Part shown: one piece after another, positions 29,730 to 39,696 of the stretch
Numbering within the stretch: the stretch's first letter is position 1
Layout: every line of letters starts with the position of its first letter
Assembly: GCA_964400875.1 (NCBI GenBank)
Contig: CAYNWK010000002.1
Location: 3,391-67,390, forward strand
Length of the DNA: 64,000 nt
Source: an uncultured Anaerolineaceae bacterium
GTDB lineage: Bacteria > Chloroflexota > Anaerolineae > Anaerolineales > UBA4823
Direction of reading: 5' to 3'
The notes under the pieces: model-generated
Told to the model about the DNA's origin: nothing
What the model saw: the letters and a program-made list of their open reading frames with translations, nothing else
Database searches by the model: none
Made by a program: the position numbers and the translations under genes

Positions 29730-30623
29730 CTAAACCAATCGCCGCCGCGCGCGCCGGAACCGGCGCGCCACCGACCAGCGCAGTCCTTCCCGGCTGCCAT
29801 CACGCGGGGCGAAAAAACGCTCCGCACGGCGCAGCAGCCGGGGCAGCGTCAACCTGGCCGCGCGTACCTTCCCGGCCACGAGCTCGTGATTGGCGTCCAG
29901 GAGCATGTACATATGTCCCAATCCGCCGCCCTTCTCCACGTTGACGTCCGTCTCGACCAGATCATAGTGCGGGTTTCCGCCAGGAAGGTGGCTGTAATCA
30001 TGATCCTGGTGGATCACCGTGACCGAATTCGTCGCGTCGATCACTGGCCAGCCCTGCTGGCGAGCGTGGTAAATCATCCAGTTATCCCAGCCAGCGCGCC
30101 CAATGGCGAAATCAGGCAGCTTCGCGAACTGATCGCGCGGGTAGATGAAGTAATCGCTGCCGGCTGGAGAATGCAGCCGGCCGCGCGCCTGGACATCCGT
30201 GCGCAGCCGCTCCGTCCACCCATTGGAGTAGTCCACAAGCTGGCGAATATCGAGATCCCAACGCTGGCCTACTAGAAGGAAACTCGCTTCCTGCCGCAGC
30301 ACACGGCGTGCGCTGCTCACGAAATCAGGCAGGACCAGGATGTCAGCATTGAGGTAGGCCAACAAGGGCGAGTCGCTGTTGCCCCGGGCCAACGCAAAGA
30401 TCGAACTTACCAGCGGCGTTCCCCATTCGTTAACTTCAACCTGCGGCAGGTGCTTGATGCCGTACTCGGCGGCGACGTCCGCCATTCCGGCCTCGTCGCC
30501 GATCATCAGCACCTCGACATCATCACCCAGGCTTAACCAGCAGCGCAGCGCGTTGCGTTGAATGGTGGCGATATGGGGATTGGTAAATGGCTTCGGCGTT
30601 GTGAACAACGTGATCAGGCTCAT
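29730..30623 (-). CDS. Hypothetical protein, possible GT-A-like glycosyltransferase
   Basis: ITLFTTPKPFTNPHIATIQRNALRCW...YLNADILVLPDF. This N-terminal pattern recurs in uncharacterised polysaccharide-locus proteins. Confidence 0.4.
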   Translation of the reverse strand: MSLITLFTTPKPFTNPHIATIQRNALRCWLSLGDDVEVLMIGDEAGMADVAAEYGIKHLPQVEVNEWGTPLVSSIFALARGNSDSPLLAYLNADILVLPDFVSSARRVLRQEASFLLVGQRWDLDIRQLVDYSNGWTERLRTDVQARGRLHSPAGSDYFIYPRDQFAKLPDFAIGRAGWDNWMIYHARQQGWPVIDATNSVTVIHQDHDYSHLPGGNPHYDLVETDVNVEKGGGLGHMYMLLDANHELVAGKVRAARLTLPRLLRRAERFFAPRDGSREGLRWSVARRFRRARRRLV

Positions 30624-30647
30624 TGTCGATACAGGGTGGTAGCAGGT

Positions 30648-31445
30648 TCAGCTGGCGCGGTCGTCCACTTCGAACACGTCCTTATGAAGGACTCCGGCGT
30701 TGATCGCCGCCAGCTCGGGCTCCTCCTCAAAGAGGGACAGCACATCCTGCCAGGAAAAGTCGTCCCGGTTTCCGAAGTGGGAGAACAACCGGCGCACCAG
30801 CTCTAAATCTTCAGCGGTGTCTACCGTCCAGCGCAGCGACCCGCGGTCAGGCTCGTGGTTGACCACCACGACGCGAAAGCGCCCTTCTTCTTCGTACAGG
30901 TACGGCATAACATGTTCTCTTTGGTGGGGTTGGTCGGCCTGCTCCCAGGCTTTCTCCAGGGCTTCGAACGTACAAACCTCGGTATCTAAACCGATTGGGT
31001 AAGTGCGTTTCCAGGGGGGCGGCAGCCGGTTGGCAGCGAAATCCCGGAGCGGCGTATCGTTGCCCATGCGCTCGAGATCAGCCGGCTTGCGCCCGTAAAG
31101 CGCTGCTACCGTGATGTCGATCACGTCGGGGTCGATCAGCGGACAATCCGCCGTAATGCGCACGATTACCCTGGCGTCGAACTGGCGGGCCGCCTGGTAA
31201 TAGCGGTCCAGCACGTCGGTGGCGCTGCCGCGAACATAGGGGTAACCGCGCGAGGAGCATAATTCCGCTGTGGGATCGTCCCCCGGATCCGTGGTTGTCG
31301 CCACGACAACCTGGTCTACCCAGCGAGCTCGTTGGGTCCTTTGATAAACCCGCACAAGCATGGGCTCTCCTCCGATATCGAGCAGCACTTTATCCGGCAG
31401 CCTGCTGGAGGCCATGCGCGCCTGAATGATGGCGACTCTCTTCAT
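30648..31445 (-). CDS. SpsF-type cytidylyltransferase
   Basis: VAIIQARMASSRLPDKVLLDIGGEPML signature. Confidence 0.75.
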   Translation of the reverse strand: MKRVAIIQARMASSRLPDKVLLDIGGEPMLVRVYQRTQRARWVDQVVVATTTDPGDDPTAELCSSRGYPYVRGSATDVLDRYYQAARQFDARVIVRITADCPLIDPDVIDITVAALYGRKPADLERMGNDTPLRDFAANRLPPPWKRTYPIGLDTEVCTFEALEKAWEQADQPHQREHVMPYLYEEEGRFRVVVVNHEPDRGSLRWTVDTAEDLELVRRLFSHFGNRDDFSWQDVLSLFEEEPELAAINAGVLHKDVFEVDDRAS

Positions 31446-31490
31446 CTTTTGCCCTTTATCTTGAACCCCTTGCCAAGCATCGGTCGTCGA

Positions 31491-32585
31491 TTAGCGGTTG
31501 GTATGTTTGATCGCCAGCTGGTATGCGTCTAATAACTGCGGAAAATTCGCCCGCCAATCGGCGCGGCGTTCAACCAGAACCCGGGCGGCGCGCCCCATAG
31601 CTGGCAGCTGGCTGCGCTGGTCCAGCGCCGTGTTTAAAGCCTGCGCCAGGCCGGTAACGTCGCCGTCAGTGAACAGCCAACCGTGAACGCCCGGCTCCAC
31701 CCATTCCCGGTTGCCAGGGATGTCCGAGACCAGCGCTGGGCGACCACAAGCCATCGCTTCCAAAAGAGATATCGAGGAACCATCGCTGTGCGAGGCGCTG
31801 ACGTACAAGGTTGCAGAACGGTAGAAGCGCGGCAGATCTGCCCGGCGCGACTGACCAGGAAAACTTACCCGCTCCAGCACCCCATCGCCCTGGAAGATCT
31901 TCCGCAAGGCGCCGGCCTGCGAACCGTTGCCCAGCATCGTCAAGCGAACTTCCGGGTAGACCCGCGCCAGGCGGACGAACGCCCTTGCGATGAGCTCCAC
32001 CCCGTAAATCGGCTCCCAGCTGCGCGTGGATAACAGGCGAAAAGCGCTATTCTCACCCCCTTCCCCCGGGGAAAAATGCTCGATATCCACGCCCCACGGG
32101 AAGGTGACGATGCGATGGTCCGGCATGCCGTAGAAAACTGCCAGCTTGCGGATGGTGTCGCAATCCCCCACCATGGCTGCGCTGCGCGCCAGCGTAAAGC
32201 GAGTCGCCCAGGTCCACAATGCGTTGCGGTGGGCGTCGTGCAGCAGATCGTAGCCCCAGGAGGCGCTGACCAGGGGCCGGAAACCGCTCAACGCGACCAG
32301 GAAGGCAGCCCGCTGGATCGGACCAGCCTGGATCAAGTCCGGATGGACCTCCCGGATGACCCGTTTCAAGTCGCCGAGCAGGCGCAGCCCATCTCCGAAA
32401 CCAACAGGGCCGCAACCTCCGGCCCATTCGACCTGGCATACTCGTTCGGGCAGAGGCCGGTCTTCCAGTTGGTGCGGACGCCGCTCTAAGCGCAGGTAGA
32501 AGATTTCGTGTTCGGTCTTCGCCAGCGCCGATAAAAAACGATAATCGTGGGGCGTGTAATCCCGTGAAAAGTATAGAACGCGCAG
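31491..32585 (-). CDS. Family 4 (GT-B) glycosyltransferase. The start is non-canonical or lost.
   Basis: C-terminal EAMACGRPALVSDIPGNREWV. The frame stays open 216 nt upstream of the ORF-track TTG and encodes (L)RVLYFSRDYTPHDYRFL, a typical GT4 N-terminus. There is no in-frame ATG/GTG/TTG in that stretch. CTG at 32585 lies 5 nt after the neuB-like stop, with GGGAG upstream. Confidence 0.65.
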   Translation of the reverse strand: MRVLYFSRDYTPHDYRFLSALAKTEHEIFYLRLERRPHQLEDRPLPERVCQVEWAGGCGPVGFGDGLRLLGDLKRVIREVHPDLIQAGPIQRAAFLVALSGFRPLVSASWGYDLLHDAHRNALWTWATRFTLARSAAMVGDCDTIRKLAVFYGMPDHRIVTFPWGVDIEHFSPGEGGENSAFRLLSTRSWEPIYGVELIARAFVRLARVYPEVRLTMLGNGSQAGALRKIFQGDGVLERVSFPGQSRRADLPRFYRSATLYVSASHSDGSSISLLEAMACGRPALVSDIPGNREWVEPGVHGWLFTDGDVTGLAQALNTALDQRSQLPAMGRAARVLVERRADWRANFPQLLDAYQLAIKHTNR

Positions 32586-32589
32586 AAGA

Positions 32590-33657
32590 TCAGGCTCCCA
32601 CGTCCGTCCAGCGCAGCTCTTTCCCGACCGGCAGGTCCTGCAGCGCCTTACAGCCGATCACAGCTTCGATCTGCGGAGGGGTGATCGCCCCCGGCGTAGC
32701 TGGACGCAGCACGGTGATCATCTCCCGGGTTAAGCTTTCCCCGGCAGCGATGTCGCGGGCGGCGCGCAAACAGCGGCGCTGGACCACCACCGTGTCCCGC
32801 TCATTCTCGGCGACGACTTTATCCGCCGAGCCCAGCGCGCGTTCCAGTTCACGTGTGCGGCCAACCATGTCCCGCCAGGTCTTCGGGGTCATCGAAAAGG
32901 GATGATCGGGACCTACGCGGTCGTTATCGTCAGTGAAGTGCTTTTCGACGACACGCGCTCCCAAGGCGACCGCGCCCAGCACGGTCGCGTGCCCAAAGGT
33001 GTGATCGGAGAGGCCCAGGACGACCTCTGGGAACATCGTCCGGTAGGTATCCAGCACACGCAGGTGGATGTGGTCGTAATTTTCCAGGCTGGCGGTGTAG
33101 TTCGTGTTGCACTGCATTAAAACCAACTGTGGGTTGATCGCCAAGATAGTGTGCACGGCGCGCTGTACCTCGCCAATGTTCGAAGCGCCGGTCGCCAGCA
33201 TCACCGGTTTGCCTTTCCGAGCAATATGCTCGAGGGCTTCCAGCCAAGTGATGTCGCCGGAGCCGATTTTGTAGACCAGGACGTGCGGATCGAGCATATC
33301 GATCGCTTCGAAATCGTAAGGCGTGGAGAAATAATCGATGCCGACTCGCTCGCATTCCTCTTTCAGGATGGGGGTCCATTCAAAGGGTATCGAGGCGTCG
33401 GCGTACACCTCGAAGACAGGCTTCTTCCAGCTGGATTGGTGGGAAAGCTGCCCCCCGAGCGATCGAAAGCCGTAATCGGAAACGATCTCTGGAGCGCGAA
33501 AGTTCTGGAACTTCGCCGCGTCCGCACCGGCTTCTTTGGCCAGCCGGACGAGCAGCTTAGCCCGTTCGAGCTCGCCATCGTGGTTGGCTGAGATATCGGC
33601 GATAAAGTAAGTCGGGTGATTTTCACCAATGGTGTGGCTGCCGAAATGAATCTCCAT
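32590..33657 (-). CDS. NeuB/PseI/SpsE-family ulosonic acid synthase with a SAF domain
   Basis: YFIADISANHDGELERAKLL...GADAAKFQNF. C-terminal SAF-like region. Confidence 0.85.
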   Translation of the reverse strand: MEIHFGSHTIGENHPTYFIADISANHDGELERAKLLVRLAKEAGADAAKFQNFRAPEIVSDYGFRSLGGQLSHQSSWKKPVFEVYADASIPFEWTPILKEECERVGIDYFSTPYDFEAIDMLDPHVLVYKIGSGDITWLEALEHIARKGKPVMLATGASNIGEVQRAVHTILAINPQLVLMQCNTNYTASLENYDHIHLRVLDTYRTMFPEVVLGLSDHTFGHATVLGAVALGARVVEKHFTDDNDRVGPDHPFSMTPKTWRDMVGRTRELERALGSADKVVAENERDTVVVQRRCLRAARDIAAGESLTREMITVLRPATPGAITPPQIEAVIGCKALQDLPVGKELRWTDVGA

Positions 33658-33658
33658 A

Positions 33659-33718
33659 TGTGGATAACCTTGTGGAAAACTTGTGGAGGACGAAAAAAGA
33701 TAGTGTAGAAACTGTGGA
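33659..33718. repeat. Array of TGTGGA direct repeats in the gap before the neuB-like gene
   Basis: TGTGGA at 33659, 33671, 33682 and 33713, plus TGTAGA at 33704. Spacings are 12, 11, 22 and 9 nt. Confidence 0.8.
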
Positions 33719-33725
33719 TAATTCG

Positions 33726-34649
33726 CTAGTTTTCCTGAGCCAGAGACCGTAAAAACTGCGGATAACCGGCTCGCTCCTGCTTGTACAGGCGCTCGATACC
33801 CTCTCGCCAGGTGGGCAGCGGACCGTGTAGATCGTCAACCAGGCGATCTATTCGCATGGTCAGGCGCGGCGAGCGGGCGACCTGTAAACCTGAACGCTCT
33901 ACTTCAACGGGCTCGATCAAGCCTTCGTCGAACCCAAAACGGTTCGCGATCGCAAGCCCGAAATCGTGCTTGCTGGTGCAGGTTGGGCTGAAAACGTGAT
34001 ACAGCCCGCTCAACCCCGCCGCCAGCATCCGTATGAAAACCTGGGCTAAATCGTTGACCAGCAGGGGACAAAAGTAGACATCGGTGAAACCCATCACCGG
34101 ACGCCCGGCGAGCAGGTTGTAATAGAAGAACTCAGCCAGGCTGCGTTTGCCGCTCAGGCTCCAGCCGAACAGGTTTACCCGGGCGATAAGCGCCTGCGGG
34201 TTGGCCTGGGCCACCGCGCGCTCCCCCGCCAACTTGGTCCGCCCGTAAACGCTCAATGGGTTGGGCAGGTCCTCCTCGGTGTATTCGCCTTTTTGCCCGT
34301 CGAAGACCGCGTCTGTAGAGAGATGCAGCAGGCGCGCTCCGCCCCTGGCGACATGGCTGGCCAGATTTCCAGGGAATTCTGTATTCAGTTTCGCCGCCAG
34401 CGCCGGTCGCTTCTCACAGATATCCACCAGCGCCAGCGCGGCGCAGTTGATCACCCAGTCGGGCTGGGTCCGTTCCAAAAGCCGCTCGATTGCGCCGGGC
34501 GCAAGCAGATCAGTCCGGAGCACCGAGAAGGAGGGGGGGGCAATCGGATGGTCCTTTACCGTGCCGTAAACTTCGTGGTTCTCGGCTGCTTCGAGCGCTA
34601 AGCTCAACCCGAGCAAGCCGCTGGCGCCGGTAACTAGGATTCGACTCAA
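33726..34649 (-). CDS. RmlD-like NAD(P)-dependent 4-ketoreductase (dTDP-4-dehydrorhamnose reductase family)
   Basis: ILVTGASGLLG, and YGRTKLAGE (YxxxK). TTG 34649 overlaps the pseB-like stop (TTGA). The ORF-track N-terminal extension runs inside the upstream gene. Confidence 0.7.
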   Translation of the reverse strand: MSRILVTGASGLLGLSLALEAAENHEVYGTVKDHPIAPPSFSVLRTDLLAPGAIERLLERTQPDWVINCAALALVDICEKRPALAAKLNTEFPGNLASHVARGGARLLHLSTDAVFDGQKGEYTEEDLPNPLSVYGRTKLAGERAVAQANPQALIARVNLFGWSLSGKRSLAEFFYYNLLAGRPVMGFTDVYFCPLLVNDLAQVFIRMLAAGLSGLYHVFSPTCTSKHDFGLAIANRFGFDEGLIEPVEVERSGLQVARSPRLTMRIDRLVDDLHGPLPTWREGIERLYKQERAGYPQFLRSLAQEN

Positions 34650-35650
34650 CCCAATTGTCCCTGCAGAAACTCGGTTTCGATCGGTGCGATCATCTCTTTT
34701 ATCTGGCCCAGGCTCAACCACTGCGGGTTGGTATCGCTGCCGTAGCGAAAACCTTCCGGAAGCGGTCGGCCCTGGTAGTGCAGGTCGCGCTGCCACAAAG
34801 TAGCGGTGGGCGTGACCACATACATATCTTCGCGCTCCAACGTGGAGCGGGCCTCATCCTCGTGGATCAACACTTCGTGCAGTTTCTCGCCGGGCCGGAT
34901 GCCGATCACTTCGAGTGCTGCTTTAGGGGCGATCACCTGGGCCAGATCCGTGAGCTTCGTGCTGGGGATCTTCGGTACGAACACCTCCCCGCCGAGCATC
35001 TCGTCCAGGCAGCGGATGACGAAGCGGACACCCTGTTCCAACGTCAGCCAGAAGCGAGTCATGCGCTCGTCGGTGATGGTTAGTTTACCGTTCTGGCGCT
35101 GCTTGAGGAACACCGGGATTACGCTCCCCCGGCTGCCTACCACGTTGCCATAGCGCACGCAGCTGAAACGAGTGTTCCCTCCGGCGGCGTAGGAATTGCT
35201 CTGCACGAAGAGCTTCTCGGCTGCCAGTTTCGTGGCGCCGTACAAATTGACCGGGTTGACGGCCTTATCCGTGCTCAGGGCCAACACGCGCTTTACTTCG
35301 GTATCCAGCGCCGCTTCGATGACGTTGCTGCTGCCCAGGATGTTGGTTTTGATCGCTTCCATCGGATTGTACTCGCAGGCCGGGACCTGTTTGAGCGCCG
35401 CGGCGTGCACAACGATATCGACGCCGTTCATCGCCCGGCGCAATCGGGTGACGTCGCGCACATCACCGATGAAATAGCGCAGATCGGGATGATCGAAGCC
35501 GCTGGTTCGCATCTCGTGCTGCTTCAGTTCGTCCCGGCTGAAGACGATCACTTTCGCCGGGTGGTACTCGTCCAGCATGATCTCGACAAACTTCTTGCCG
35601 AAAGAACCCGTGCCGCCCGTGACTAGAATCACCTGTTCGTTCCAGATCAT
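34646..35650 (-). CDS. pseB: UDP-N-acetylglucosamine 4,6-dehydratase, PseB/FlaA1 type
   Basis: ILVTGGTGSFGKKF, SRDELKQHEM, YGATKLAAEKLF, RYGNVVGSRGSVIPVF, MTRFWLTL, IGIRPGEKLHE. These are collinear with my recollection of H. pylori FlaA1. Confidence 0.75.
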   Translation of the reverse strand: MIWNEQVILVTGGTGSFGKKFVEIMLDEYHPAKVIVFSRDELKQHEMRTSGFDHPDLRYFIGDVRDVTRLRRAMNGVDIVVHAAALKQVPACEYNPMEAIKTNILGSSNVIEAALDTEVKRVLALSTDKAVNPVNLYGATKLAAEKLFVQSNSYAAGGNTRFSCVRYGNVVGSRGSVIPVFLKQRQNGKLTITDERMTRFWLTLEQGVRFVIRCLDEMLGGEVFVPKIPSTKLTDLAQVIAPKAALEVIGIRPGEKLHEVLIHEDEARSTLEREDMYVVTPTATLWQRDLHYQGRPLPEGFRYGSDTNPQWLSLGQIKEMIAPIETEFLQGQLG

Positions 35651-35697
35651 AAACCCATCATCCTTGCTCCCGTCCGACGGTAAGCAAAACGAGCCGT

Positions 35698-35703
35698 ATT
35701 ATA
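35698..35703 (-). promoter_or_regulatory. Candidate -10 box (TATAAT) upstream of the pseB-like gene
   Basis: Perfect TATAAT on the minus strand 48 nt before ATG 35650, inside a 165-nt gap. No convincing -35. Confidence 0.4.
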
Positions 35704-35815
35704 AGGGAATTCGCTCAACCTGTTGATACCAATGACAGCTTTCCTCAAACAGTCGTCGCAAAGCCCAACCCAGACAAGGGTGCTGCAACGCATACGATCG
35801 CACCACCTTTCTCGC

Positions 35816-36700
35816 TCAACTCCCATTCGTTTCCTTGCGGAGCACGAGTAAGGGGTATTGTCCCTGCTCACCGAAGAAGCCCGGAAAACGTTCCTCGAGC
35901 CCGTACAACACGCGTAGCCAGAGCCGCCCGCCCAGGCGAGGGTGAATCAACACCCGCAAGAAGCGCACGCTGACGCTGCGCCAGACCCGGATCTCTACCG
36001 GCATGCGCGCTCCGAGTTCTTGCTTGACCCAAAGCGCGTCGTGACGGTTGATGAAGGTGCCTTTGGGTTGTTTTGCCTTTTGCTTCTGCTCTGGGGAATG
36101 CCCCTCGTCTTCATCCGGGTCCGATGGCTTTGGCTGGCGGGACAGGCGCGCAGCCAGGCGTCTAGCCAGCTGCGCCAGACGAATGAACGGCGCTGCCAGG
36201 GTCATCAAGGTCGAATTCGGCCAGCCGTTAACCACCACGGCTGAGCAGCCGGGTGCCAGCACCCGGTACAGGCCGGCGAAGGCGTTGAGATGCTCCTCTT
36301 CCGGGAGATGATGAATGGTGTGCAGGGATACGACCCCATCGAAGGTATCCATTTTGAAGGGCAGGTTGGCGATGTCGGCCACGACGAACAGGCCGTGATC
36401 GCCGATCCGCTGCCGGGCTTCTCTCAAGGCCACGATCGAGATATCCGCGCACACCCGGCGCCGGTAACCACGTGAATAGTCGAGGTATTCCGGATACTGG
36501 ATCGGCCCGGAACCGGCATCCAGTAGGTAGTTTCCGCTGGGTTTCAAGTAGCGGCTGACCCGCAGATGGCACCGGTGGATATAGTCTCGGGAGACCAGGC
36601 GCAGATCCTCGTAGCGCGCGTTTTGGTAAATGCCCTCGCCGACCTCCTGCCAGCCGACCCGATCGTAAAACTCGCGCACCTGCTGTTTAATCGCCGTCAT
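35816..36700 (-). CDS. Class I SAM-dependent methyltransferase
   Basis: LLDAGSGPIQ motif I, then VSLHTIHHL. ATG 36700 has a GAGG SD and avoids overlap with the upstream gene. The ORF track starts at 36727. Confidence 0.75.
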   Translation of the reverse strand: MTAIKQQVREFYDRVGWQEVGEGIYQNARYEDLRLVSRDYIHRCHLRVSRYLKPSGNYLLDAGSGPIQYPEYLDYSRGYRRRVCADISIVALREARQRIGDHGLFVVADIANLPFKMDTFDGVVSLHTIHHLPEEEHLNAFAGLYRVLAPGCSAVVVNGWPNSTLMTLAAPFIRLAQLARRLAARLSRQPKPSDPDEDEGHSPEQKQKAKQPKGTFINRHDALWVKQELGARMPVEIRVWRSVSVRFLRVLIHPRLGGRLWLRVLYGLEERFPGFFGEQGQYPLLVLRKETNGS

Positions 36701-36707
36701 CCCAGCC

Positions 36708-38360
36708 TCACCGCTCATCGACCTCACGCGCCAGGAATTTTTCCCCTGGTAAGTACCCGGACCAATCGACCGGTTCTCCAGTCAGGTAGCGGAAGGTATT
36801 GCCGAAGAGAGCCCGGCCCTCCGCAGAAAGCACCCGATCCAGCGGCCAAACTTTCGCATCCTCCCACAAATGCACGATATGCCAGGGGAAAGGGTGCGGG
36901 TACTCGAAGAAGAACCGGTAGGCGTACTCCCAGGCGCGCGCCACCTGTGCATCGGCAAGGCGGTATGCCTCTGGATCGCCGCAAACCCGGTCGAGGGTAG
37001 CGAAATACTCCTCCCAGGAGGTCGGGTCCAGGGTGAAACCTTTACCCCGATAATGAGTCTGCCCGATGACCAGCACCGGCACGCCGAACATAGCCATCTC
37101 CAAACCGACCGTCGTGGTGTAAACCAATCCCAGATCGGCGATCTCGACCAGGTCATAAGTGTTGACCTCGGCATCGGCCGGGACAACGTGAATGTGCTCC
37201 GGCATCTCGTCCAGCTCACCGCGGATCAACCCGGCGACCGAGGGACCCTGCGTGATCAGTTCGCCCGGGTGAATGCGCGCCACCAGCTGGAACTCGGGAT
37301 GCTGGCTGAAATAAGCCACGGTACGCTTCAACCACTCGGTCATGCTGTCGCTGAACACCTGGCGACCCAGCGTCAGGCTGTCGCCGATCACGTTGGTCGC
37401 TAACAAAACGATCGGGCGCTGATCCAGCCCGAGATCGGCGCGCGCCTGTTCTCCGCCGGCGGATGGGACCCCCTGCCAGCGCCGGGCGAAGTTCTCCCAC
37501 AAGCTGCCCCGTTGGCGGGAGGCAAACAGCGTCTGCACCTGTTCCAGCTCTTCCGGCAGGAGATCGACGCCGCCGCGCTCGGACCACATCCCCGAGGTGT
37601 TTTGGCGCATGACCTCACTATCTTGGGCAACCCAGATGCGCTCGCGTTGTTCGCCGAACTCATACGTGACCACGGGCAGCCCCAGGTAGCTCGCCATCTG
37701 GTATAGAACGCCGAACTCGAAGATGCTTCCATTGGGCACGATCACAACATCCGGATAGCGATCGGTCAATAAGCGCCAAGAGGATTGGGCGGCGGCCAGG
37801 TTGCGGTCGCGGCGCAGCTGGTACAGATGGCTTTGATGGTCAACTTCTTCGACTTGCAGCGTGTACTGCGTATCCCGCAGCGTGATTTCTTCAACCTTGC
37901 GGCGCATCGCCGCCGGGAGTTCTTCCTCTTCGCCGCTGAATTCAAGGAGTGAAGTCGCCTGGACGTGCGGCGCCAGTTCGTTGAGGATCGTTTGAGCGTA
38001 CAGGTTCTGGCGGCGCAGGTCAAACCGTTTGATCGGGTCCTGCCAGCGGCCGTAGGGTAGGAAGGCCAGCTCGACCGGGTGCCCCTGGCCGGCCAAAGCC
38101 AGCCCCAAAATGCTGGCGTGCTCGATCCAGTAATGCAGCACGCTGAAGATCAGCACCCGCTTGCCCCGTTCGGCGGGCGGGCGGGAGCGCAGGTGTGACC
38201 TCAGCTGTCTCCGGAAAGCCGGCAGGTGTTTTTCCAACTGCTCCAACTTAAAATTGCTCTTGAGCGGCTGCCCATGCTGGCGCAGGTACCAGTAAAGCTC
38301 CGCAGTAAGCGGCAGGTCGCCCAGGAGCTCCTTCAGGTCGTCTTTCTTAATCAATCCCAT
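36708..38360 (-). CDS. Capsule_synth (KpsC/KpsS-like) transferase candidate, paralogue of 11516-13243
   Basis: VARIHPGE...LGLVYTTTVGLEMAMFGVPVLVIGQTHYRGKGFT. Confidence 0.5.
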   Translation of the reverse strand: MGLIKKDDLKELLGDLPLTAELYWYLRQHGQPLKSNFKLEQLEKHLPAFRRQLRSHLRSRPPAERGKRVLIFSVLHYWIEHASILGLALAGQGHPVELAFLPYGRWQDPIKRFDLRRQNLYAQTILNELAPHVQATSLLEFSGEEEELPAAMRRKVEEITLRDTQYTLQVEEVDHQSHLYQLRRDRNLAAAQSSWRLLTDRYPDVVIVPNGSIFEFGVLYQMASYLGLPVVTYEFGEQRERIWVAQDSEVMRQNTSGMWSERGGVDLLPEELEQVQTLFASRQRGSLWENFARRWQGVPSAGGEQARADLGLDQRPIVLLATNVIGDSLTLGRQVFSDSMTEWLKRTVAYFSQHPEFQLVARIHPGELITQGPSVAGLIRGELDEMPEHIHVVPADAEVNTYDLVEIADLGLVYTTTVGLEMAMFGVPVLVIGQTHYRGKGFTLDPTSWEEYFATLDRVCGDPEAYRLADAQVARAWEYAYRFFFEYPHPFPWHIVHLWEDAKVWPLDRVLSAEGRALFGNTFRYLTGEPVDWSGYLPGEKFLAREVDER

Positions 38361-38365
38361 CGTGT

Positions 38366-38377
38366 AATTTGCAAATT
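38366..38377. promoter_or_regulatory. Perfect 12-bp AT-rich palindrome AATTTGCAAATT
   Basis: Sits 6-17 nt upstream of ATG 38360 in the 44-nt wzt to kpsS-like gap, where an SD would be expected. Confidence 0.5.
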
Positions 38378-38404
38378 GCTATCCGATCGGCTCAAAGCCG
38401 GCGG

Positions 38405-39691
<1,287 letters not shown>

Positions 39692-39696
39692 CGGAC

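Noticed and set aside
34650-34796. N-terminal extension of the RmlD-like ORF, with similar extensions at 9759-9893, 39692-39829, 40549-40707, 52214-52267 and 60190-60342.
   Set aside because: Each extension runs inside the preceding gene. In each case an internal start directly abuts or overlaps the upstream stop (ATGA/TTGA/GTGA coupling) and precedes the conserved domain.
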